The position numbers and the translations under genes are program-made. From NCBI GenBank assembly GCA_973895155.1, contig OZ316895.1, forward strand, positions 5,087,181 through 5,151,180: a stretch of 64,000 bases of DNA, in the 5' to 3' direction. The notes beneath the pieces are model-generated. The model worked only from the letters and a program-made list of their open reading frames with translations, was not told the origin of the DNA and ran no database searches. The DNA is from Marsupella aquatica. Taxonomy: Eukaryota; Plantae; Marchantiophyta. Positions 1 to 12,900 of this stretch are shown here, piece by piece (position 1 is the stretch's first letter; every line of letters starts with the position of its first letter).

Positions 1-818
1 TGTCTGAGAAGAAATTAGCCGCAAGGGGCCCACCTAGCAAATTCCTCAGTCCAAGCGATTCGCATCCAAACTGAAAATGGAGAACTCCCCAAGGTAATGA
101 TTCACTAACGGTAGCAGCGAATTGAATGCCATTTGGCCTGCTTCTGTACATCAGCAAGCCACAATCTCTCCTGATGGTGGGCTCGCATTAATCCACACTT
201 CCAAAGCGGTAAGAAAAGCGAGCTGATGAATGCTCAATGAGTCCAAACTTAATTATTCGCTTATTATGGCGGGCTCCTATTACTCCAAACGATTCAGTTG
301 TGGTGGGCTTCGATGGCAATGTCATCACATCTGCCATAATTATGCTAATTGCCAACAACTTTCCTGCATTGATTCATGCTCAAAATTCTCCCCCCGGGAC
401 TTGTGGAGCCATCTGGCCTGGCGGCCTGACTCTAGTCAGATTGCTACAGCATTAATTCATGCTCAAAATTCCCGCCCCGGCGCTTGTGGAGCCATCTGGC
501 CTGGCGGCCTCATTCTAGTCAGCTCGCTGCAGGCTATGAAGTTCTATGGGCCACATAGGTGCTGTAACGCCACGACTGCATTTCCGCTGGCGGAATCAAA
601 ATCCTGGACAAGCTTCAATGGAGTCAGTTGCTGCATTTCAATTTTAATGCTGGCTTTAATGAATACGGTCGTTCCTCCGCCCATAACAACCTGACTGTAT
701 ACTAATAAGACGAGAGATTGGGCTCCCCAAAGCTGCAACACACCTGAAATCATCGAGATCACCAAACCGGTTAGGTAGCAACTTACCGTGAATCCGTGAT
801 GCTGGAACACGGCGCCAT
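1..818 (-). pseudogene. Possible spliced pseudogene of unknown product, running off the left edge
   Basis: ATG at 818, exon 818-787, GTAAGT..TACAG intron 786-695, then frame QVVMGGGTTVFIKASIKIEMQQLTPLKLVQDF... with in-frame TAG/TGA stops and an 83-bp duplication (367-449/450-532) that shifts the frame. No family recognised. Confidence 0.3.
367..532. repeat. 83-bp tandem duplication, 2 copies
   Basis: catt(g/a)attcatgctcaaaatt...gccatctggcctggcggcct...ctagtcag starts at 367 and 450. Confidence 0.9.
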
Positions 819-898
819 GTAACTGTGTGGCTTATATCACATAACATATTTCACGAATGCACAATCTTGTTCCACTACCACTATCATATATCTCTTGA

Positions 899-1345
899 TG
901 GTAATATAAGGTGTGCACTCATTGATTTAACTAGAGATTTAACTAGAGTGTGAAAATTAGACACCATTTGTTTAATTAATTAAAATATGGTAATATAAAG
1001 TATGCACTCATTGATTTAACTAGAGTGTGAAAATCAAGCACCATTTGTTTATAATTAATCAAAATATGATAATATAAGGTGTGCACTCATTGATCTAACT
1101 AGAGTGTGAAAATCAGATACCATTTTTTTAGAATTAAACCTCCACTAGAGAAGACAAAAACCTGGTATATGCAGATTTATAAGTTTGGTGCATTCTCAGC
1201 CAAGTTCACACATCAAGGTAATATATGGTGTGCACTCATTGATTTAACTAGAGTGTGAAAACCAGGTCCCATTTGTCTAGAATTTAGTTGCCACTAGCAA
1301 AGACAAAAACCTGGTATATGCAGATTTCTAAGTTTGGTGCATTCT
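899..1345. repeat. Tandem array of ~80-bp units plus an alternating second unit
   Basis: taatata..gt(g/a)tgcactcattgat(t/c)taactagagtgtgaaaa recurs near 899, 989, 1069 and 1217; agacaaaaacctggtatatgcagattt recurs near 1152 and 1301. Confidence 0.85.
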
Positions 1346-4300
1346 TTACACTTTTTGGAAGAAATATACTTATCTGACCCTAAGTGTAATCTTTAATGGG
1401 GCCTGTGAATGGGGCCTGCAAATGGGATAGTAGAAATACTAGCAATTTTTTCCAAAAATGGTGAAGACTTTTGGGGAGGTGGAATCTAAGCATTTGCAAT
1501 TAAAAAAACCCTGGTGGACCTCCAAAGAAATTAAACCTTCTATCTTAAGCAACCAAAAGATGGATATTTTGTCCCAATGGACCTATCTGTCCCTAGATTT
1601 GTGCCAGTGGACCTCCGGGCCCATCTGAGATACCATTTCATGCCAAAAGTCTTTGTAGCACAATTTGCAGTCCTTGTAATGCAAGAAAGTCACTATAAAA
1701 CGCAGGATGGTTGACTCTCCATGTTGTCAAGCGCGTTTGACTACAACCACAACGTCAATTGAACCATTTGGTGTGCACCGCAACACTATACTGAGCATTG
1801 CAATTTGGACTTGTATACATTGACAACAACTTATACACAGTTAGAGAAATGGGTTATGGCAACCGTAGCATAGGTGCGTAAAATCAAAATGAATACATGC
1901 ATATCTTGAACAGAATAATATATATTATGCACAATGTGTTCAGTCTAAGTCCCACCAAATTGCAAACATAAACTTGGATTAGTTCAATGATAATTTCTGG
2001 CCACTCTTTCAATGAAATATGCATGCACATATCCAATGGTAGCCATAGCAGAAACACAAGCACGAACAACAAGAACAAGCAACACATGAAAATGTCAAGA
2101 AATGAATCTAAACACAATGAGAACATAACAGGTTCCCAACATGTTTCATTAAAAGCGTGTACATTTGAATTTTAAAAATTGCTTTGACTTTTGAATACAA
2201 TATTCACATTGTCTTCGAAATCAGTGAGGTTAGGGACGCTATGGCGCCTGCTTGCTTTAGTGCAAATTCCCATAAACTCTTTCCAATGTAGTTTGGATAC
2301 AATACATGATGTATTCAACCAAGTTGGAAGACTCCCCAATACTACTCTTGGGTGCTGGATCCGATGCGACTGTAAGATCCTTTCTAGTTTGAATGCAATA
2401 GTCATAATGTATTCAGCCACATACTTAGACTGCTATGTTAGGGTGCTTGGATGCTCCATTGAAGCCAGGGTCTACAGCCCTTGCTTGTTGCACACTTTAC
2501 TTGTATACCTTTTGACATTACTACACAAGACCAACCACAATGTTATGAAGCTTCATAGTCAGGTAACCCCTTTCACAACAATATTGTTTTTTGGAGTGGG
2601 CCTTAAGTCCGCTGGGAGAGAATTTCTATCTTTTGGTCTAGTAAGAGAAAAATTCTGGTTTGGAGGTCCACTAAGTATATTTCTCCACTTTTTGGGTTGC
2701 GGTCAGCCACTAATCTTTGGCTGGTAAGGATATGCTAGTTTTGTGGAAGGGCCCGTGTGAGTATTTCTTCAAGACTGTTCCGCACACCATAGCTAGCCAG
2801 CCTTAGTTCACCCAATTCCAGTAAACTTAGCTCACTGGAATTGGGCTTACTTATAGGGTACTACCCTACATGAGTGTTTTAGGGTTAGCAATCGTGACAC
2901 ACACATCTACGCTCATGAAGTGACAAATGTCTCCTTCTATACTAGCCCGAGTATGCATTAACTTGGTCTGTTGACTTTGGAGAAATGGTTGTTAAGATTA
3001 GATCCTATTCTGAATAAGCTCCTTACAGCAAGCCATAGCCCTTGTGTGATAAGGGTATTTTGTACTGCAAGAACTGTCTGGTGGATTTTGTGTAAAGAAA
3101 CAAGCTTATCCAAGGAAGAGAAAAAGGGAGGAGGAAACGTTATGCAAGCGTTTGGTTTGCTAGAATATGAATGGCACTGCCAGAAAGCCCAATAAGGCGA
3201 GAACAAAAAGAAAACCCTAGGAAGACTGCATAGCTGGTAAACAAACCCAACAGTACCCACCCAGGTACCCACAACAGTGAGAAAAACAAAAACTTGAGAA
3301 AACACCTGGCTAAAACCCCACTAAAACCCTACTGGGGCAGCATACTGAAACCCTGGCAAATCTCCAGAGTAAACTGCATAGGATTGGCATGCACAAAAAG
3401 GAATTTGTCTAGTGGCCCTTAAACCCACAGCCTTGGCCATACAAGAAGAGTGATTGCCTGACCCATTGTAGTGCTACGGACACCCACTATTGAAAGAAGG
3501 GAATGCAGAAATGTGCATTCTAAGATAGATGATAACATACCTGCAAATTAAACTACACGATAAGCTTATATATTAATGAAATCCTCCTGGCTGTGTTTTC
3601 CAAGGTGTGCAAATCATTCTATTGGCAAAGTCCAGATTTTCTCAGCTCAAAAGAGGTGGAAGAAGTAAAGCTTCCAATCTCCAAATAAAAAATGAAAATT
3701 GACGAAGGGAGACATGAAATCATTCATTTGGAATTGCAAATAATTTGTATGTCATGCAACCTTGGAATTAGGATTATTCTAAGGTTTAGTGTCAGCATGT
3801 AACTTCTTCAGCTAATTAAGTTTTGAATAGGGCATCAGCCTTATGGTTAGAGGACATTGTGGAATATAATGTCACAAAGAAAAGGGCTTTATCCCAAGTT
3901 TGAGGGGACATTATAGCTCACAATGTATTTAACCCAGAAAGTAGACTATATAAAACCCTCAGGGGTCTTATGTTCTGGGAAGACATTACAGGTGTTTTAA
4001 ATACTAGTTTCTTATATTTTAGAGGGTCAGAGGCCTAAAAATGTTGCAGGAGATGGGGATGCCTCCATATAGTGAGACCCCCAAGATTACAAGAAAATAT
4101 AAGATTTTACAACTCAGTTCTCCTAGAATGTTAAAAAGTAGGGTAAATTAAAAAATAATTAATTTGTTAAAAGTCTTTTGGTTTTGGAGACTACCAAATG
4201 TTACATGTGATAAATACTTGAGTGAAAGAGAAGTCCCTTTAGTTTAGGCCATACAATAGCATGCAAAGAAAGAAGAAGAAAATGCTACAATTAGTGTTAC

Positions 4301-6157
4301 TAACACTAATTTTGGTAAAAGTGATTTTGAATCCAAGTAACACTAACTTTTGTTGGTTTTCAAAACAAAATTTTTCCACTTTAGCTAAATTGCTTGTAAG
4401 AAATGGACAATATTGAGTCCAAAGTAACACTAATTGTTGTGGATTTTTCAAAATAGTTTTTTCTCTCTATTTTTCCACTCTTAAGACCACAGTATCACTA
4501 ATTCATGTGCACAAAAATAGTGTTAGCACACAACTAGTGTGACTAACACTAATGCGCGAGTAGACCCTGAAAATGGGCACTCTCGAATTAGTTTTAGTCA
4601 CACTAATTATGGTGAACAGTGTAGTTATATCAAAGACCATTTTTGTTGTGTATAGTAAAACTTTTATATCTGGAGTTACATAATTATGCCTAGATTGATG
4701 GAACTTACATAATTCACTCCTCAAAGCAAGGTGTGTGTTGTAGCAAATAATGTTCCCAAGAAGGCAAAGGCAAAACTCGCTAAGTCTGAGGGGGACTCTA
4801 CAAGCAGTCAAGGAAGTTTTTTTGTTTTAGTGTTTGGGACGCAATTCTAGCCATTAATATGCGGGAACAGACTGTTATGTAAACTTGAGGCACAATCAGG
4901 CAAAACCTTTATAGCCCAATTTACTTGACTGATTTATAGTCACCTGGTGGTGGGCTCCTTGTTGGTACCTTTTTTGCGGATTTGAACTTTGACCACCTCT
5001 AAAGATTGGACTGACCCACCATTTCAATTCAGGGTCTTGCATCCCGTCTTGCATCCATTCCATAGGAAGTGAAACAGTTTGGCTCAAGCATTTTAACCTT
5101 AATGTATGCAGCTCATGCTTTGCTTTCGATGGGAAGACCAATCGCCTCCTCCTGTTTTAAAGCACCCGTTATATGACAAATGTTGTGGATTCTCAATGAC
5201 ATATGCCTACAGTAGAGTGATAAGTCACCGCATCATCCCCTCATCTCCTCAAATCAAAGTGTGTATCAGGGCATCTCACAGATGGACCTTAACTCCCTAG
5301 TTACAGGTTACCTAGACAAAAGGTTACCAACTACCACACGCATAGTCCATAAATTTTACAAATAAAGATTGGTCGTATACCATCATCATCAGTCACAGTA
5401 GAGGCTAGTGAATTCAATTTTTTAAAAAACATTACATAACATTATACAATGTTATGACCATTCCATTCATATGGGCCCAGAAGCCATATCTTTAATTTCA
5501 AAGCTTTGAGACATACAAACATAATGCACTCTAAAACACAAAGCCCAAACTCACAAAAGTTTGCGTACCTTTATCCTTGGTACCTCCATCCTCTGTCCCC
5601 ACCACCATATCCAACGGACTCGAACCCCAGTCCCCACCATAGCTAAAGGACTCTGAAATTTAAATCCCCACGTGCTTTTAACAGTAGAAAGCAGCCCCAA
5701 AGTTCAGCAAACCGTGCTTGTTTATCGGCATCCTTTGGGGTATAACTCATTCGGTACCGGTACCATTTTGCCCCTTAGAATTCGAAGTGTACAACTGGAG
5801 ATATAAGGGGTGGGGGGGGGCGGCGGCCAGCAGCCCAGCCGGTTTGTACCTCCATGTTTCAAGGGACAGAATTAGAGACGAGAAGAATAAGACGAACGAC
5901 GAATTGCAGCTCGTACTTCTGTCATGTAATTCAAGCCGTTTTCTGTCAGGGAATGTACACAAAGGGTATGAAGTACGGAAACCACAAAGCCGTTTTCTGT
6001 CCCACTTATCAAAAGAGTACCGGTATTAGTTTCCACCATAGCCATCCATCGCCTCCCCAGCTCCCCTGCCCTAGTGCCCTACCCCACGGCGGCCGGGCCC
6101 CGCCCCTCACGTACATTCTCGTGAATCAATGAAAACTGTACAGCGAGCAGCATCTTG

Positions 6158-8038
6158 ATGGGCCCGAATGCGGCCTGCTCCCCGAGGCCCTGACCAAGTG
6201 ACCGAAATTTTGCCTCATCGTTGGAACAACTTCACTTACGCCGGCCTCCCGGACATTCTTCATCTTCACCGGCCCACCAGCCTCTCGATTCTAACGGTTT
6301 CGGCGGCTACCGTATTCCCGTGTATGCAAGTTTTGCGCTACCGTAGCTGTGCCGTTGTTGTACCTTCCCCCATGCCAACGCACTGAATGCTCGGATACCG
6401 GAAGAACAATACCTCGAAGAACAATTATCTTTCCTTCCCTACGTCCCTCAAAGTCGGTATGAACAGAATCACGTCGTGACTGGCAGCCGAGCTGCTCACT
6501 ACTGGCAGCCCCAAGTGCCGAACGAGGGACGGCCAGTATATGGAGATGACAGGAGATAGATTGGTGCAGCCAGCCCAGCGCTTAATGGTAATGGTAATAA
6601 TAATAATACTCACGAGTACCAGCCTTCGTCTTGAATTTCTGAAGCCGGCCCTGGAAGAAATAGAATGGAGTATTGGACTGACTTGTGAATTGAATGAACG
6701 ACAGACTGATGAATTCCAATATCGATGTCTTCTAGAGTTCTGGGCCAGACCTGGTTGTTTGATAATTCTTAGGAATCGGATTTATTTGCCTGGTCTCGAT
6801 TAGATCGTCTCAGCAGGCGCCAAGTTGATTGATTGTTGTTCGTCTGCCACTAAAAACTCAAAAACTTGTTGTGAGAGGAAGTGCTCACAATTTTGATGTG
6901 CTCTACTGGCAACATCATTACCTGTTCGGTGAGATGTAAATTTCTTCATCGAATGTTGCTCCCAGCTTAACTATTTCCACTGTACGTTAATGTAAGGCAT
7001 TACTTTGTCAGTGACCTGTGTACTATCGGTGTCATGACATATTATTCGGTCGTCCAGTCGCAAAAAAAGTATCCATTTAAATTGGAGTGACACAGCTAAA
7101 AATCCATGTCCATCATAATATTGAGGAAATCTTTTTGTTAAAGCACCGAAAAACATAATCACAACCTACTGTAAATAGATAAACTATCTTGAAAACCTTA
7201 TATATATTCAGATTGGATATTTTTCTAGCGAGAGTCTTCATAATTTTTGTTTCAATCAGCGAAAAGTTGCATTCTTCAATTTGCCCATTTTGTTTTATGC
7301 GAGGGTCACTTTATTGCAAAAACCTACGGTAAGATATACCCGCACTTACTGCGAGAAAGGAGACCCAGGGCCGTAGCCGAAGAGACAGAAACCACCAAGA
7401 ATGGACCACTGACCACAACCAGCAAACCAAACCAGAGGGCATCTTTGGCCTGTTTGCTGAAACTTGCTCCGTAAGAAGCAATTGAGGATCTTGATACCAT
7501 CTGTACGCATCATGGTAGAATTATGTTTGGTGGGGCCATTCATATGAACTGCTCTAGACCAACGAGTCTCTATACACTAAGAGTTAATCATGCAGTGATT
7601 TATAAAGCTTTGAAAACAAACGTCCACACTAAAATGGACTCACTCGTTGTGATCATTGGCATCTGTCCATGTTCAGAAGCCCATCATCAGATGTGATTTC
7701 TTTATATTTCAAAGTCCTGTGCACCTTGTGGACCCGAACCTTTTGTTTTCATTGGACCCCAAATCCCTGGACAATTTTTTGGTGACATTGGAAGCTTGAT
7801 TAACTGGTGACAAGTGTACAGACCACATGGAAAGAAGCCAGAACAAAGGGCATATGAAAAGTCCTGCGACACATGCAATGAGGCCGAAGACAGAGAGGCC
7901 AGAATGCCAAGGAGCAAGGTCGGTGGACAATATTTTTGTAGGGCTCACTTCACGAGAAACCAAGATCGTGGAAGAAGCTTGTGCAGTCTATCATGCCAAA
8001 AGTGTTCTGGACTTCTAGCCACTAGCATATTGGTATAG
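6158..8038 (+). pseudogene. Decayed, apparently intronless ORF of unknown identity
   Basis: 7247-8038 has only 3 internal stops in ~263 codons (TAA, TGA, TGA; each one C>T away from CAA/CGA). The same frame from ATG 6158 to ~6680 is also stop-poor. C-terminus is Cys/His-rich (SCDTCNE...FCRAHF...CSLSCQKC). Confidence 0.45.
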
Positions 8039-8669
8039 CAAAGGATTACATAATATAGACATCTATTTAAAAATGCGGAATCGAAACCTATGATAAGCGG
8101 ATATAGCTAATCTGCAAAGAAACCACGACAACGACGACGTCTGGTTCATGGTCGATTATCTCACAGTACGTAGAATTTGTAGCAATGGTGAGAATATGAC
8201 TGCCTGTTTTCAATGAGAAGTATCGCAGTGGATTTCAAGTTACTATTTACTCGTAGTAGGTAGAAAACTGTAAGAGCACCCGATTCTGATCAGATCCACT
8301 TCAGAGTTATAATTACCCTTAAAAGGTATTATATGACAGGGCCAGAAGAAGACTTGTACGTATAAACGATGATTGCTTCCATCAACCCATTCAATCATAA
8401 CTTACAATTGAATCTGCCTCTCAAATTGACATGACATGTGTTCGGACGAGTGAGTGTCACAGAAATTAACATAAATTACTAGGAGGGGAAGCCGCCAGGG
8501 GGCACCAGAGCCCAAAGTGTACCGAATCCACTTACTGTAATTCCTGTTTCTGTGAATGGAACTCATCATTGAAAATCGTTCGAGCACAAACAAGCGCCAT
8601 AAAAGTTACGCATAATGAGTTGGAGCTCACAGCAGGAGTTCCTAGTAGTGTTCACACTCTCCACAGCCT

Positions 8670-8798
8670 CACTCACACACTGTTACTCACAAAATGCAGC
8701 ACTCGAGAATAATGACTACCAGGATTAAGTCACCACTCACACATTGTCACTCACAAAATGCAGCACACGAAAATAATGACTACCAGGATTAAGTCACC
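8670..8798. repeat. 64-bp tandem duplication, 2 copies
   Basis: cactcacaca...cacaaaatgcagcac...aataatgactaccaggattaagtcacc starts at 8670 and 8734. Confidence 0.9.
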
Positions 8799-11199
8799 TA
8801 AACGCGGCTTGAAAGGCGTCGAACACTGGGGATCACTCTCCGAGTGTGGGTTCCTCCAGACTGTAGTCTCGCCCTGCCGGTAAACACACATAAAAATATG
8901 GTCATATACGGTTTGCTCTCACTGATTGTCGTAGTCTGGGCTGGCGACGAGGATTTGCACGGCATCGTAGCTCTGTAGGTGAAGGAATTGTAGGTCTCCA
9001 CTCTCCCCTCCACAATAGCTGCACGGGTTCAAGAATTACGGGCGGTGGTACTGTACCTTGTGATCCGTGACCGAGCTTCTGGCGGACGTGAAGAGGACCG
9101 TCCGTGTGTGTGCGGAAACGTCATCGGTTTAGATTTTGTGTGAAGCCGAAGTGAGCGATAGTGATGAGAAGGAAGGGGACTGAGGGAGCTTGAGGGTCAT
9201 GCGTTAGGTAACCCATGGTGTGGATAAGATTATGGGCTGTCATCCAGGGGATAGCTAGCCTGATAGATTCATAGCTTATAGCCATAGCCATGCCCATCAC
9301 ACAGATTATATACAGTGTGCACTCACTAATTTAAGGAAAATAATGATTTATCAAGATACGAAGATGTACATAGCCATGGCCACCAGGCCACCAAACAGCC
9401 CAGTTATCAGGCGTCCAGTTAGCAAGCCTAATTGCCAACACTCGGGTTTATATATTGGGATCTCAAAAATCATATATTGATGGCTAAGTCAAGGTTATGG
9501 ACCAGAAAAAGTGAGACCATCAAATTAATGATTCATAACTTTTGGTGGTAAAGATTGGTCTTATGCCATGACATCAGTCATTAATGGAGAGGCTAGTGAC
9601 AACAAAACAAAAATTACATGACCCTGTGGAAAAAAGATGGTCATTTGTTTATTAATGGCCAAAAACCATCAGATTCCATAACTATAAAACTTTGAGAAGT
9701 CCTATTAGATTTGAAATTTTGGGACTCGGTGAAGCTGGCTGGGGCAGGGGCTGGGGATGATGAGACTTGGAACACCCTGGCCAAGCTGGCACGGGGGTTA
9801 CGGCTGGGAACCTCCACTGGAACTTCAAAGAGAAAAGAGAGGAGGGGGTTACAAAGAGAATGCATCTTTTGTTAGTTTGCAAAACTTTCATCAGTTAGTC
9901 TTGGCAAGGCCAGGTTTGTTGCTTCAAGGAACAGGGATACCAAAGTAGCACTTCCTCATTGACCAATTAGGGAAATAAAACAAATGATTTGATATGGTCA
10001 TATGTCCAAACATTCAAAACCCTAGTGTGCTCGTAATTAAGTTTCACTAACCAGTGAAAATGTAAGCTGATGCAGTCATGAAGACTCATGACAAAAAAAT
10101 GATGTCGTTGTGAACTGAGAAATGACATTATATCATGTGCATCCCTGAGTCCCAATAATGTGCAAGGGAGTCAAGGCACCGACAGACAGATGGATGGCCT
10201 TTTTGTCCATCGAAAGCCTCCCTCTATGGGGGAACTCTCCATAGAGAAAAGCAGCATACAGAGGGGGTATTCCATAGCTCTGTCAACTAAGGTTGATAAT
10301 TATTTGAGGAAAGTGAGTAAACTCTTCCATTAGCAAGCACCTCCAGCTAGCATCTGGTTTTTGCTTTCGGCTACACTCTCGATGATATATACCCAAACCA
10401 GAAAGGCTATCTCTATGTTTAAGAGGTTAGGTGTAACCACTGCCAAAGACAAGGGTCTATGCTGGTATTAAATAAGGTTGGGAGCAAACTCTATAGTGGT
10501 TACACTGCTACTCCATTGAATATATGAACAGCTAGACTGGCCGAGGTTGCCCCCAGTAGTTAGACTTGTATTCCGCTCTAAAATATGAAGTTTATAAGGA
10601 TGCTTTCTGTATGTCCTGAGGTTAGGTGTAACCAATGCCAAAGACACGGATGTATGCTACGAGGTTGGAGCGAATGTCCTTCAGGAGTTGAACTTCTACT
10701 CAGTTGAGAATATAAACCGAGAGGTGGAAGATGCCTCCAAAAAGGTGATAAGACTTTCTCTATGACATGGTTCATGCTATTTTTAATAAGATTGGGAGAC
10801 AGCAGGAGCGCCTAGAAGAGCTCACTGTTGAAAAGTCTGGATTTCTTGCCATGTCCATATACAGAATATTTATCAGGATTACACACGAATTTCAATGCAC
10901 AAAGAAACTTGAAGTTGATACCCAATGGACCACCATGTTTGACCTAGTTGAACCAAACAACTTTTGACACCCAAATATGTGAACATGTACAAAGTAAAAT
11001 TGTCTCTAAATACAAAGTAATGTTTTCAAAACAATCCATCTGGGCTGCGGTGGTCCATCTAGGTCCACTGTCAAATGTGGTGGTCCATCTAAGATTCTGT
11101 GGCAATGTGGCTATTCTTAGATGGACCGGTTTTGCATGTGGGTGGCCTACTGCAATCAACCCTAATCTTCAACAAAATTAGAATCACAGTGAAAGTAGG

Positions 11200-12900
11200 G
11201 GGCAAGGCATGCCTGTTTGACCATGGGGTCCTTCAAGCACCTCAAACCAGAGGCCATTTTACAAGCTTTAAACCCTAAATCGTCCCTACACCCTCTGGCC
11301 TTACCAACACTAAGACAAGCTCAAATGTTAAACCACCACTTGCCATATATAAGGGGGAAGCTTTTTTCACATTCCATTCACTTTCTCTTTTACAGTGGAA
11401 GTTTTCTCCACAAGCAGGAAACACTTACTTTTGATGGTAACTATAGGTAACCTGTAGCTTTTAACCGGCGGGTGTGGTTCAAAGTCATGCGAGATAGTTC
11501 TTTTTTCAAAGTGTAGTAAAAGTAGAGGAATATTTTCCTACAAAAGTGATCCAAATCTTGACCGGGGCAATATGCTCCCCTCAAAGTCGTCTGGGTGATT
11601 CTTAGCTTTTGGGTGCTTTAGACTACTGCCGTGCAAGCACTTTTCACCTTCACTATATCTCATTAATTTTAATGGTACTTAATAGGGTCTGCATACAGCA
11701 CAAAGGTATGTTTGAATCCTGCATCCAGGCATGTTGGGCATTAGTTAATGGGTAAGTCAGTGTTTAAATCACCCCAAATTGCACAGTGCTATTGGAGGAT
11801 TCACTGTTCACCTGCGTTTAGTAGGACTAACTTTTCACTTACATTTTGAAGACCGGATGACCACTTCCAGGCATGAAGATGACTCTAAGTAGAGGGACTA
11901 AATATCAGTCCCATTCACTTACAGTTGTCTGTCTTCTGCTGGAAATGGACCCATCCAAAAAAGGTGCAGGCACCCTAAGGGCTGTCTTGCATGTGCAAGA
12001 GTCCTGAAAAATGCTACCCCTAGCAGCCCACAGATGTCGGGAAAAAGTGTGGACCCAGGATCTAAGCACAACCAAGCTTCCGTGTGAAGTGCTTATTCAG
12101 TTGGATCTACTGCCATTTTGTTTTATTCAAAGTCAAAGTTCGGGACCTCAAGGACCGGAAAATTTCCGGCCCTTGCCTTTGCGTATCCTCTGTAGACGCC
12201 ATCAGGACTGCCGGCTTGTCGCTTGGTTTAGAGATGCCATGGGTTCATTTGAGGGCCGAAAATCAAAGGACCTTGCACATGCAAGACGGCCCTTAGGCTG
12301 GTTTGCACAGTCTTCCCACCAGATCTTACCTTTAGTGCTGAGGTCAAATAGGAAAGCTTCCAGCTGCTGCAACTCTTTGATGGCAGGTTGAATAGAACTC
12401 TTGGACTATGAGGTTGGGAGTGTAGCTATTGACAAATTCTACTTCCTGTTACAACAGTGTGAGTCCCAACTTTTTTCTAGACATTACAGTTTTCTAAAGA
12501 TGGGGGAACAGTGTAGTCCAGGCTAGCTATGAGGAACAACAATTTCTCTTTCACTCTCCAACATGAGCCATTCTCCAAGCTGAGTAAAAAAAAATTCAAC
12601 CTAGCACTTTGACCATAGCTCTTTGAGGTCGGCAAAAGAGTTTAGGGCCAATTTGTATGTACACAGCCCTTCTTTTTATGGCCCTCAAGTTGACTCATGC
12701 CATCATATGATAGAGTAAGAGTTTAATGTGTGAACCTCCTCCTGAGGCAGGCCTGACAACAATCATTGTGGGTTTCCAAGGGCAAGTGCGCATCACACAT
12801 AGCAGGGACAAAGATACCAAGATCTGCTTTTTTACAGGTTTGAGAGGGATTAGGGCCGAATTCTTCAGGGCTACATAGATAAGAGTTGGCCCGTAGACCC
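11200..12900 (+). mobile_element. Highly degenerate LINE (L1-like) ORF2 3' remnant
   Basis: QILTGAICSPQSRLG..LGALD (~11550-11625) resembles the ICxPKxxGGLG motif after RT; a zf-RVT-like relic lies at ~12510-12560. Shares ~30 nt (tcttgaccggggc...tatgctccc) with the LINE relic at ~50270. Boundaries approximate. Confidence 0.35.

Noticed and set aside
230-694. 154-aa plus-strand ORF
   Set aside because: It spans the 83-bp duplication and lies antisense to a decayed frame; no motif recognised.
5600-5650. B-box GGTTCGAGTCC on the minus strand, possible tRNA
   Set aside because: No convincing A-box or cloverleaf.
1380-5700. Possible DNA-transposon body with a Cys-containing relic frame at ~2170-2950 (-)
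   Set aside because: Too many stops and no diagnostic motif or termini to name it.
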